Of a stretch of DNA of 64,000 bases, positions 23,483 to 35,230 are shown piece by piece; the first letter of the stretch is position 1, and every line of letters begins with the position of its first letter. The position numbers and the translations under genes are program-made. Source of the DNA: Eledone cirrhosa. Lineage: Eukaryota. The notes under the pieces are model-generated. The model saw only the letters and a program-made list of their open reading frames with translations, did no database searches and was not told the DNA's origin. The stretch covers positions 55,924,001 to 55,988,000 of the forward strand of contig OZ024741.1 of assembly GCA_964016885.1 (NCBI GenBank), in the 5' to 3' direction.

Positions 23483-23783
23483 CGATATTAACAAATGGAA
23501 ACTATATTTATAAAACCATATTTATTTCATTATACATATTTCAAGGACACCAAGTTAAATTATGGTGTGCTTTCATCAGATAAAATACAATATAGATCAG
23601 TCGGGAGCTTCCAACAGTAATGGTTGCATTTTTTAAGGGTATGTCAATATTTATTTATAAAACTGATCTATATTGTATTTTATCTGATGAAAGCACACCA
23701 TAATTTAACTTGGTGTCCTTGAAATATGTATAATGAAATAAATATGGTTTTATAAATATAGTTTCCATTTGTTAATATCGTAT
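23480..23783. repeat. Foldback inverted repeat with 122-bp arms carrying a hammerhead motif
   Basis: 23480-23601 vs 23662-23783; 60-bp spacer; (TA)n on both sides of the element. Confidence 0.92.
23676..23740 (+). ncRNA. Minimal hammerhead ribozyme motif
   Basis: TATTTTAT-CTGATGA-AAGcACACCA(10 nt)TGGTGTcCTT-GAAATATGTA-taATGAAATA. Confidence 0.6.
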
Positions 23784-23867
23784 TTTTACTCCAAATATTT
23801 GTTGAGTGCTTTATATCAGTTATAAAAATATTTACTTGTTGTATCCCAACAATTTAAATAGAACATT

Positions 23868-23912
<45 letters not shown>

Positions 23913-23978
23913 AGTATAGAATTATTGTGAGAAAGAAGCCAACAGTATTTCATAATATATTCGATACAAAAACTTGAA

Positions 23979-24035
<57 letters not shown>

Positions 24036-24323
24036 GAAGTAATTCCGTCGGAAAAGTCCAGGAAAAAAGAGTGCTCTATGTAGGTAACAGAGCTTAATAG
24101 TTATATATATATATATTCAGGTTTGAGGTTCACCACTGGATAGAACTGGTCAATTCCGTATGGTCAATCTTAATGTAATAATATGGAGAGTACTCAACGT
24201 AAAGCAGTTCAACCACTTGAGGGCGAGCGGCAAAGGTGGAAGATGCTGGATGGCGGTCGTCCACGGGTCTTTGATTTTCAGCCCCATGGATTTTATCTAT
24301 TACATTCACTTATTATATTTCGA

Positions 24324-24381
24324 ATACCTGATGATATCACCGGATTCCCACGGAACCCGGTCATTGAAATGATCATAGTAT
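24324..24381 (+). ncRNA. Minimal hammerhead ribozyme motif
   Basis: ATAC-CTGATGA-[..ACCGG.TTCC(CAC)GGAA.CCGGT..]-GAA-ATGATCAT-A-GTAT; palindromic stem III. Confidence 0.68.
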
Positions 24382-24446
24382 AATAAACCTTTCAAGGATT
24401 TACACAAGTCAAGCCTCCTGTCATTTCATTATAATATATATATATC

Positions 24447-24640
24447 GGGGCGGTGGATTGGCAGTATCGGTAGAGGGTCGGACGCCATGCTTTGCAGCAT
24501 AGTTACGCCCCTTTACGGACTGAGTTCAAATCCCGCCGAGGTTAACTTTACCTTTCATCCTTACGGGGTCGATAAAATAAAGTACCAGTAATGCACTAGG
24601 TAATTGCTGGCCTTGTGCCTAAAGTAGAAACAATTATTAT
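24447..24640 (+). mobile_element. Deu/Nin-type SINE
   Basis: Near-identical to the 18581 copy. Confidence 0.85.
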
Positions 24641-25203
24641 ATATATATATATATATATATATAATTTCAAGTTTTTGTATCGCAGCTTATAGATGAAATA
24701 AGGCAACTCTAGTCGAATTATCTGAAGCACTCCCTATACTCTCAATGATGTGAGAAATGAATGAATTCCTCCCATCAGAGTGAACTCATTAAGATAATCG
24801 AGGGCAACACCATGAATAATATATAGACCGGGTGTGTATGCTAGCTATAGTATGTAACAACTAATATATATATATATATATATATATATTTCGTTTCTGA
24901 ATTTGTTTAGCAAGATTCTTTATCTGAAATCGTGTGTTGAAACCGATATTGTTATACTTTGGCAACATGACCCTCCCAAAGTATAACAATATATATATAT
25001 ATATATATACAATATATTAACAAATGGAAACTATATTTATAAAACCATATTTATTTCATTATACATATTTCAAGGGCCACCAAGGCAATAGTTTCCATTT
25101 ATTAATATATTGTATATTTACTCCAATAATTTGTTGAGTCCTTTATATCAGTTATAAAAATATTTTGCTTGTTGTATCCCAACAAATTAAATATAACCTC
25201 TAC

Positions 25204-25236
<33 letters not shown>

Positions 25237-25324
25237 CGTGCGTGTATGTGCGTGCGTGCGTGTATGTGTGTGTGTGCGTGTGTGGTTATTAAACTAAAAC
25301 CGGGTGACATTCGAACCAACCTAC

Positions 25325-25500
25325 CTGTCTAGTTGTAATGGAACACGTTGTTATTGTTGGTAGTGATCGTGGAGTTGTTATAGTGTTCCAATGACACTAT
25401 TGCAATTGTAACGTTCTAAACCCATTACAGAACATAACGAACACACACTGAAAAACAAACACGACTACACATACACACACAGTGTCTCAACAACAATAAC
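25325..25500 (-). other. Putative non-coding first exon of COASY
   Basis: Non-repetitive island ending in a strong donor CAG|GTAGGT at 25325; the ATG-containing exon has an acceptor, so an upstream exon is required; in-frame TAG precedes the 17903 ATG; 5' boundary uncertain. Confidence 0.55.
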
Positions 25501-25509
25501 AAGCAAACA

Positions 25510-25550
25510 AGTTACGTGATAAAACCGGAAATTACCGACCACTTCCGGAT
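25510..25550. promoter_or_regulatory. Putative housekeeping promoter with paired ETS motifs
   Basis: ACCGGAAA (25524-25531) and ACTTCCGG (25541-25548) in opposite orientation, plus TTACGTGA (25512-25519), directly upstream of the putative exon 1. Confidence 0.5.
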
Positions 25551-25946
25551 TTTTGAAACATCGAAAAAGATTATAAATAAAAATTGTAACTAAATGCGAA
25601 ATGTGTTCTTGTTTGTTTTAAATATTAAAATATAATCATTATTAAAATTACTACTATTATTATTATTACTACTACGACTACTACGACTACGACGACTACT
25701 ACGACTACTACTGCTACTATTGTATATAAAGAAGTAGACGAAGGTCGTCGACTGTAAAACTTTTTGTTACCTTTTTATTGGTTCCTAAGTAGAGTAATAA
25801 TCCTACTAACGACACTGAATGTTCAAGGTGATGTATCGTTTTGTATCGCTAATGTCGATTTTGTGTCTGAGAGTGACAGAGACAGAATCAAGGGAGGTAA
25901 TTTATCTGATAACGGCACGAAGCTGAAACTATTTTAGATAATAATT

Positions 25947-26131
25947 GTTTCTATTTTAGGCACAAGGCCAGCAATAACCCAGTGCATTACCGGTACTTTA
26001 TTTTATCGACCCCGTAAGGATGAAAGGCAAAGTCAACCTCGGCGGGATTTGAACTCAGATCGTAAAGGGACGTAACAGTGCTGGACAGCATGGCGTCCGA
26101 CCCTCTACCGATACTGCCAATCCACCGCCTT
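25947..26131 (-). mobile_element. Deu/Nin-type SINE with 15-bp TSD
   Basis: TTTTAGATAATAATT at 25932-25946 and 26132-26146. Confidence 0.87.
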
Positions 26132-26439
26132 TTTTAGATAATAATTTCGTTGACATTACAAGTCAGATGAGAGTGGGACAAAGGAAGGAAGCTAGGACAC
26201 CTACTTGCAATGTACTCGAGTTTTTTATGTGATTGTTTGGGAGGGATGTTATGAGTCCTATTCTGGCACAGAAATATCGGTCAAATTTAGGGCACGTGGG
26301 ATCTCTAATTTCATTTCAAGCAAGTGCCGGTTAACCTGGTTTTACGGAGTCCACGTTTGGCTTCTACTGACAGAGAGTGCGTCTTTTCTTTTTTTTTTTT
26401 TTTTTGTGGAGTTGGGCGGGTTGCAAGTTTTTTTGTTAA

Positions 26440-26720
26440 TGAGGGTGCTTCTTCTCCGAAGCTCCGATATTATGGGCTTGTGGTTAGAATGTTTCAGGAA
26501 AAAATCGCTGGACAGATTTTACGGACAAAACCAAACGGCAAGAGACCTAGAGGTAGATCCCGAACAAGATGGATGGATAACATCTATGAGCTTGGCTGGT
26601 CACACTTGGGGATCCAGCCGGATCAGTTGGAGACAGTTGCTTCTGACAGTACCAGCTGGAAGTAGTGTTTGAGGACTCTGCCTCCACGACTCTCTCAGGA
26701 ATAAGTGGGCGAAGAAGAAG
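26440..26720 (+). mobile_element. RTE family B 3' end
   Basis: LRYYGLVVRM...KPNGKRPRGRSRTRWMD; (GAA)n tail. Confidence 0.8.
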
Positions 26721-27373
26721 GTGCATTATAAGGTCATAATGAGCTATTCCTAGAAATCTTCATATTGTAAATACTCATGGTTTTCAATGTTATTTTCAGG
26801 CTATCTTTGTCTCTCTTTTTTCTGACCACTAACTGTTCTCTTCCCAGTAGCAAGCTTACCCTAGTGTATATTGCTTTGGTATGTGTATATTGTTCATCTA
26901 AGCAACACAAATATGTGCAGAGGTTAGGTGATGCCTAGGCCAACTCATTATTGTATGCCCCTCTAAAACCCAGGTATAGGGTCAAGCACCGAGAAATGTG
27001 ACCCAGGAAGGCATTTTAAATTTCTAAAAACAGATGAAACATGAAATAAACAACACTTCATTCAAATTAATTTTAAATCAGCCACATTTATCAAGTCCAG
27101 TTCCCAAAATGAGATCTGTCAGAACATCAACTTCTTAATTTTTTACACCAACTGTGAGAAATTATTTTTCAATGCTAATTAAAGACAGGTTGGTCAGTGG
27201 GCATTGTGCTTGGTAGCTGTATTGAAGGGAGAACCCTGTGTTGTGCTACACAATTTGTATTGAAAGAGTACTTATGTGTCCAGAATCTTGTTTTGCCATA
27301 GAGTTAACCATATAATTTCTTGTCTTTTCTAAAACGTTTCGACAACTTAATCTTTGGAGAACTTGAATGTTTG

Positions 27374-27568
27374 CAGACCTGTCAACTTCTCCCCATTAGA
27401 CGGGGAGAACTCCCACTCACTTTGGGTTAGGTGAGAGATGTCTTCTCTTGTGAAAATGGGTATAGCTTTCATCATGTAAAGTCTCCCCATTTTGCTTCAT
27501 TTCTCCCACTTTGGCGTACTTTTTTTCATGGTACACCCCGTTTAGGTTTTTAGAGGTTGGCAGGTCTG
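27374..27568. mobile_element. MITE of about 195 bp
   Basis: TIR CAGACCTGTCAAC / GTTGGCAGGTCTG; second copy at 39631-39803. Confidence 0.72.
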
Positions 27569-28653
27569 AGTTTGGTTAAACTCAGACTTTTTCCTGAGTC
27601 CTTTGACCAAGTAGCATTGCATTGGACTAGTTCTACAGTAATGCTTGTCTCCATCTCTACCTTTCCTTGCCCTGCTTTTCCTTTCCAACATGGACTAGCT
27701 CCAACAATGAGGTGGATTAAGCCTTACTGCTGGGTTTGTTAGTTCCCATTGTCAAGCGCAATAAATTGAAGTAGTGAGTTTGGGATAATTTACATTCAAG
27801 AAACATTTTCAACTCTCTCTTTGATAACTCCAACCAATACTTCAGGTGACACTAGCTTTTTTTTTTATACCAAATTCTTAGGGAACTGGGTTGATGCTTT
27901 GCCAGTGGTCAGTATTTGTTGCCTACACAGTCTGGATGAGCTCTGCATATCCATCGCTCTCAGAGTTGGAACCAATGTTTGTTGAGGTTAAAATATTGAT
28001 GTAGTAAGACCCTTGGTTCAATGGGTTTTCATGGAATATCATGTTGGAAACATGCAGGTCACTTCGCTTGCCACACCTATTATTCTCGACCTATTGCAGG
28101 CTTTATGGCCAGTTGTGTTCCACTAGCTGGATGATTGCTCCTGGCCACTTATTTGAACTCAGAAGATAAAATACCTGAATGCTCTAACAATTCTGCTATA
28201 ACTGGCACTTTATTTTAACAACACCTCCCACCCAAAAAGAAAGGATGAAAGACAAAATTAACCTCAGCGGGATTTGAACTCGGAATGCAGAGAACCGGAA
28301 CAAGTACCACAAGATTGTCTATCTGACGAGTGGGTGGGTAGGCAGGCAAGCAGAACGATCGACCGATAGATAGATAAGGAGGGGGTAGACAGACAGACAT
28401 GGGTTGTCTAGGATTAATATTGCGATTGGGTTCCAGGGGAGACAACTGCTGCTTGTTCGTTATGTTGGGAGGATTTTTTTCTTTTTTTTTTTTTAGTGCT
28501 GCAGAAGTTATCTATCTTAAATATTAATCCATAATATTCTGATTGGAAGAAATAATCGAAATGATTAACATAATGAACTAAACGATAGTGAAGATCAAAA
28601 TAGAAATAAGAACGTTCATAAAACAGTATTTTTATGGGTCATATAAATTAAGG

Positions 28654-28877
28654 CAATTTTATATTATTGCACCCGTTTCTACGACGGGTGTTGTGAAATC
28701 ACAGAAAACGATTATTTTACGACGGTTCTGAAGACCATATTCGTTCAAAACACATCAAAATTCATAAGAAAAACATGAATTTCCCTTTCAAAATTCTAAC
28801 CAAACCTCTAAACTACCTATTATTATTTTTTATTACAATTACACTCGTCATGGAGAAGGGTGTAATAGTAAAAATTT
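28654..28877. mobile_element. Degenerate MITE-like element
   Basis: Imperfect inverted termini of about 37 bp (…TATTGCACCCGTTTCTACGACGGGTGT / ACACTCGTCATGGAGAAGGGTGTAATA…). Confidence 0.5.
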
Positions 28878-28984
28878 AGTCGGATTAATATGAAATATTA
28901 ATGAATGGTTAAGAACATCATATAGTAACTGATAATTATTGGTTAGAACAAGTAATTTTATTATTGTGAGGACTTTTTTTTATG

Positions 28985-30470
28985 TTGAAGCCAGATATAG
29001 TAATTGGATATAGTGCATCCACTCTCAGGTGGACTGAAGAAGAAATAACAAAGTTGGATAGAAAGTTAATGACATTGTCTTCTTCTTCGCCCATTTATTT
29101 CTGAGAGGGTCGTGGGGGCAGAGTTCTTAAAAACTCCTTCCAGCGGGTCCTGTTAGAAGCAACTGTCTCCAACTGATCCGACTGGGTCCCCAAGCAATAC
29201 CAGCCAAGCTCATGATGTTACCCAACCCTCTTGCTCAGGGTTTACAGAGCAAATCTAAACAGATTGTACATGAAGAGAAAGAATAGTGGTAGAAGTCTCA
29301 TTAGTGTAGATTATTGTATAAGGAGTTGGTGGATTGGCAGTATCGGTAGAGGGTCGGACGCCATGCTTTCCAGCATATTTACGTCCCTTTACGATCTGAG
29401 TTCAAATCCCGCCGAGGTTGACTTTGCCTTTCATCCTTACGGGGTCGATTAAATAAAGTACCAGTAATGAACTGGGTAATTGCTGGCTTTGTGCCTAAAG
29501 TAGAAACAATTATTGTATAAGGAGTGAAAGGAGAATGATTGCAGAATATTTGGTAAACAGTGACTAACAGTTGTAATATGCAACAAAATATATGGGTTAA
29601 ATGCAGATGAAATGGTTGGTAAGGAAGAGTTTAACCAAAAGGTTGAAGAGAAGGGAAAAGATCTAGAAACAAGAATGCACGGGTATTTTGAAAGAAATTC
29701 ACAAGATATCAAAGGTAAAACAAAAGCATGGATATGACTTAAACAATGTGATTTGAAGCATACCATTGCAGCACATGACCAAGCTCTTGCTACCAATTCA
29801 GTGAAGTATAACATCTACAAATCCGCTGACACCCAGAAATGCAGACTTTGTGAAAAGAATGTGGAAAATGTAACCCACTTGGTAAGTGGATGTGAGTCTT
29901 GAGCAAAAAGAATACAAGCACTGCCATGATAAAGTCTGTTTGTTCCGCCATTGGCTGTTATGTCGCAAATACCAATACGAAGTAATAGAGAATTGGTATG
30001 AGCATGTGGCTTGTAAAGTAATACAGGGGAATGGGAAAACAATAATATTCTGAGATTAGGATTTTCAGACTGAGAGAGTAATTGAGTATCACTGATTTGA
30101 CATTGTCATATTGAACAAGAAAGACAAATACTGTCAGATCATAGATGTAGCCATAACAAATGATATGAATATTGTGAGTAAAGAGGTTGGAAAATATCAC
30201 CAAGTACTCCAAATTGAAAGTGGAGATGGCAAGACTAAGAAAATAATGTGAAAGTGATACCAGTTGTGGTTTGGGCATTAGGGTCAATCCTATTGAAACT
30301 CCAAGACTCCTGAAAGCAGTTGGGAATACCATGCAAGATTGGTGTCATACCAAACTCAGCCTTGCTAGGTACTGCACACATTTTAAGGAAAGTATTATAT
30401 GTCTAAGGTCCTTGTTGTGACTTGGCAGATGACTAAATACTCCAGTGCATTTTCCATCGACACTGCGTGA
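28985..30470 (+). mobile_element. Dong/R4-like LINE, degenerate, interrupted by an RTE-B tail (29078-29240) and a SINE (29327-29508)
   Basis: RLYMKRKNSGRSL, IAAHDQAL, CRLC..NVENVTHLVSGC zinc knuckle; ends in an A/TAA tract; SINE TSD ATTATTGTATAAGGAGT. Confidence 0.78.
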
Positions 30471-30559
30471 CAAAAAAAAAAAAATAATAATGATAATGAT
30501 TTCTTTATTTACCAAAAAGTGTTTACATTAAGAAAACATGATAACACAAGACGAAAACA

Positions 30560-32800
30560 AAGAGTGTGTGTAAACAGGTTTAACAATAATAAAAGAAAGG
30601 TAACAATAAAAAATTCCAGTGCCCTGATCTCTAGGGGAAGTGCCCTGTCCCAGTTGTTCTCCAATCTACAGGTGCACAATTAAAGCAGGTTCATTCACTC
30701 GAGTCATGCTTGCCTCACTCACCTGCCTTTCAACAAACTGTCTAGAAGGCAGCACTTTCCTCTCTACCTTAATTTTTTCTTCAAGTGAAACCTGAAAAAG
30801 TTAATCAGGGCTTCGCCAAAGAGAAAAGTGTTTGTCTTCAATCTTGTCAGACATGTCCACCATACAAACACTTTTGCTATGGCCACCAGACAGATAAAAA
30901 GAGCCTGCCCTTCCTGGTTAAAGGAAGGTGATCTTCACAATGGACTTAGCTGATAGCTCAATTCATCCTACATACAACAGCAGGTATTTGACAAACCTAC
31001 ATGTCAGCAATGCTCAGACACTGGATGAGTGAGTGCAGGACGGTTTAATCACTCTGTGCCTATCTTGAACAGGCCTGGCTGATGGTACTTCCTTGCCTGT
31101 AAAGTTTGTCTCGAACTGGTAAAGCTTCCCAGTAGCACTGCCAGACCAGGGATTTCTGGAAATTATCCATGGGCACTGGACCAAAATTCCTCCCCAAAAA
31201 GAGTGGCTAGTTGATTTTGTTGATACCCAGAGTTTCCCCAAGAATATCATCACTTTTATCCACCACTAACCCTCTACAGGATGCCAACATGGAGTTTCCA
31301 TCAATCATACTACCTGATTGGCAGAGGGCTGTGAGCACATAAAGTCATTCCAATTTCCTAGCGCACCTTCTCAGTCTCTGCTTGACCCAGGACTGAAGCT
31401 CTGTCAAGGAGACAAGCTGGGGTAAAACATGTCTAGTGAACAATTACCACACCTGTTCATCATTAAGAAATGATGATGTCGTAGCTTCAGTGATGTTTGC
31501 GCATCATCAGCCACAGCATTCCTAGCCTCCACACAGTGGGTGTTGGCAGCAGTTGGACCACCTGACCATTAGAACACGTCCTTCCACAAGTAGAAAAAGA
31601 CTAAATCAGTCACGGCTTTCCCAGCCTCCACACAGTGGGTGTTGGCAGCAGGTAGACCACCTGACCATTAGAACACGTCCTTCCACAAGTAGAAAAAGAC
31701 TAAATCAGTCACGGCTTTCCCAGCCTCCACACAGTGAGTGTTGGCAGCAGGTGGACCACCTGACCATTAGAACACGTCCTTCCACAAGTAGAAAAAGAGT
31801 AAATGCCCCTGTGCAATCAGATGGGGCATAGGACAAGGCACAATAGTCAGGTAGTTGTAAATAACGAACGCGAATTACTTGTTTGTCATCTCTGCCTGAC
31901 CTTTGAGAGACAGCTTCCTCTTGGTTCATTTCTGTTCATCACCTCATCCCAGGTTTTGTTCATCTGGAGGTCTGGATCAAACCCGAGCAATTTAATCAGT
32001 CCGCCTAACGATGCTGTTGGATGGCATTGACCTGCCTCTCCAGGTGCCAAGCTGCAGGCCCACTAACTTTCCCTTTTCATTCCTGTTAGAACTTTGTATT
32101 CCCTCAGAGCAGTGCTAATTGCCTCAATGTGTTTGGTGCTCAACACTACTATGATGATGTTGCTGGAAAAAAGCTGACACAGATCTCCCCATGCCTAGTT
32201 CATGCGGGATGCCCCTCAACATCTCCAATTTGTGTAGTAATGGCTAGAGAGTCAATGAATATAACAGAGACAAGAGGGGACAATCTTGGAAGATTGAGTG
32301 CATGATGTTGAGCGGTTCCAAGAGGTGATCATTCACTCTAACCACAGAGCAGATGTCACTGTGCATAGCAGCTCTCTATCCTCTGAAAACAAGCCCAAAA
32401 CTGGCTGCTTTGAGGACCGCTACCAGGTACTAATAGTCAACCCTATTGAATATTTTGATTGATCTAAATTGATCAGTGTTTCACCTGTGCCAGGTTCCTT
32501 ACACACCCTCACTATGATGTATTAAATAAGGTGGAGGTTGTTGTGGATGGATCTCTTTGGAATGGCACATGTCTGCACCTCTCTTACCAGACCACTGATG
32601 ACAAGCACCAACCTCATCTCTAACACCTTGGCCAAAATTTTGAACTCTACATTTAGTAGAGTTATGAGACTAAAATTATGAATATAATCCCCTTTGTTCA
32701 AGTCCTTTCTCAGCAGTGCCACTGCTCCTCTGCTCACAGAACTGGGAATTTTCCTGTTCTGCTGCCAGTAACAGGAGAAATCTGTCAAGAGGTCAACGAA
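30560..32800 (-). mobile_element. Degenerate L1/Tx1-like LINE
   Basis: ITLLNVEFKILAKVLEMRL...VQTCAIPKRSIHNNL RT N-terminal motif; extent approximate. Confidence 0.68.
31519..31798 (+). repeat. 99-bp tandem repeat, about 3 copies, inside the Tx1-like LINE
   Basis: Period of 33 codons visible in ORF 31553-31831. Confidence 0.93.
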
Positions 32801-33242
32801 CAAGTCTGGCATATAAACATAATAACAATAAGATAATGTGCACATGTATAAAGCAAATGATATAATTGTAACTGTGTAAAGTGCATGACATGAACAATCT
32901 GGTATGTTTATTTTGTGGTTTACCAATGTATGCAGTGAGTTTCTCTGTCCTAGGTGTCGGGAAGACATCTAGCAAGAAATCGAAACAAAACTGAAGGAAA
33001 AGGAAAAACACAAACAATAATAATAATAATGATTTCTACTATTGGCACAAGGCCAGCAATTTGGGGAGAGGGGAAAGTTGAATAAATCAACCTCAGTGCA
33101 TTACTGGTACATTATTTTATCAACTCTTAAGGATAAAGGGCAAAGCTAATCTCAGCAGGATTTGAACTCAGAACATAAAGGGACTTAACTCTATGCTGCA
33201 AAGCATGGTGTCCGATGCTCTACTGATACTGAATAATAATAA

Positions 33243-35227
33243 CACTGGTCAACAGCCAAACTGGTTCTTACATGTGAATATGTGCATCTTACTAATTTCA
33301 TAGCACTAAATTCAGTTTTGATATTCATTTTTTGCTATCGGACCAGAATACCTTAATATGAGATCGAAAATATGTTCCTCGTATTGCATTATTTATCTAT
33401 TGTGTAACATATGATGACTTAGGTATAAACATATTAACTTATTAATAAAAATATATAAACATATTTTTATTTATTTTTTTAACACTTAGTATATTAAAAC
33501 ATTTCTGAACAACATTCTGAACATAACAAAATATTTCAAAACATTTCTAAACAAATTTCTGGATTTTGCTTTTACGCTTGTTTTTCTGACTCTCCTCACG
33601 TTGCAGTGTCCAGCAGTAGTCGCCCATCATGTTGGGATTGAACCGACCCTGATATCTACTCTCCACTATGAAACCTGGTGAAACCTCTCTCTCCATGTTC
33701 ATCACTGATGTCTCCTAGATTACTTGGGAAGAAATCCAGATGAGAATGGAAGAAATAAAGCTTCAACGACATTCGTGAACCCAGAGCGCGATAATTTTGT
33801 ATCATGGTTTCAACAATTTCTTTATAGTTGTCTGCACGGTGGTTTCCAAGAAGGTTCTGTGTCACATCTACAAATGATTTCCATGCATTAGGCTCCAAAG
33901 GGTTTAGTGTTTTCGTAAACTCACTATCATTAACCAGCATACGATTCTGAGGACCATTCAAAACCCCTGCTTTTAACTTTGCTTCAGATACCACTCTACC
34001 CAATTTCTTACACAAGTACTGAAACCCATTACCTGTATGATCCATGCTTTTAATAAAGTTTTTGGCCAAGCCTAATTTGAGATGTAATGGAGGGAGGAAT
34101 ACTTTTTCTGGATCCACGAAAGGTTTGTACAAACAGTTGAATCTACCGGGTGCATCCTTTGGTCTTGTTGGCCAATCCTTCTTCATGTAGTGCTCTGCAT
34201 CTGCTCTACTATTCCACAAACATAGAATACACATATGCTTTGTGTAACCAGTCTGAAGACCTAGAAGTAGACTAATTAAGTTGTTTATGACGATGACGAG
34301 CGGTTGTAATGCCGACGCCAGGTTCCAGCAGGTTTCGTTGCTTCAGTCTTGATTCCAGGAGCTCTGCCTTTTCTTTAGACAAATGTAGGTCTTTAATGAG
34401 ATCGTGAAGAGCTTCCTGGTTAAATGGTATGGGTTCACTTGTCTCATGTTCGTCTTGATAGTCATCATCAATAGGGGTGCTACTGGAATCAGAATCAGAG
34501 ATTAGCTCGTGTTCAGCAGGTGGAACTGGAACAGGTAATTCGTCACTGTGAGGTACTGGTCGGATTGCTGACGAGATGTCGGGGTATTGAAGTGTAGTTC
34601 GTGTCTTCACAGTTATTCCTTGGATGTTTATATGGCAGAAGTAACAATCGTTATTGTGGTCTTTTGGTTCTCGCCACACCATTGGTATGGCAAATGGCAA
34701 ACCAGAGCTTCGTTTCCCATTCTTCCATTCACTTAGGTGATTAACACATGACCTACATGCTATATGAAGTGCCCATTTCTTGTCCTGGTCTCCTAATGGA
34801 CATTTGAAGTAGCATTTGGAGTTTACTCGAACTGCTTTTGTGATTGGTTTCTTTATACTTTCTGGGGTAAAGAGTCCACAAATATAGCAAAATCGGTCCG
34901 GGTCATTTACACATTTCCGGCGTTCCATCTCTCCCACTAGTCAAAGTTGTGAATTATCCAAGAATAGCTGAGGATAGTTACAATTCTGTGATCTAAAACA
35001 AAAGCAGTAAATATAAATTAGTTAACAACTAAATATAGTGGATACAATTGGATGAAGTAATATGAGCCACATAGCTATGGGTCATAAACATGGATATGCT
35101 GGTTCTTGAAAACTAGACCCGATACAGCTTAATCGTTGTCATATTCAGATTCTGCACACTTGGTTACCCTAGAATCATACTAAATTATACCAGAACCATG
35201 AAATGAATATTTTTTTGTTGACCAATG
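33243..35227 (-). mobile_element. Chapaev3 (CMC superfamily) DNA transposon, internally deleted
   Basis: TAA|CACTGGTCAACA...TGTTGACCAATG|TAA (TIR and 3-bp TSD); transposase pieces CVNDPDRFCYICG...GDQDK.W...PMVWREP..H..DCYFC and PPLHLKLGL...HSHLDFFP.NLG..SDEHGER. Confidence 0.85.
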
Positions 35228-35230
35228 TAA

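Noticed and set aside
26900-28150. Possible hAT transposase remnant
   Set aside because: Only a faint LTNLSLISIEK-like trace on minus; too decayed to call
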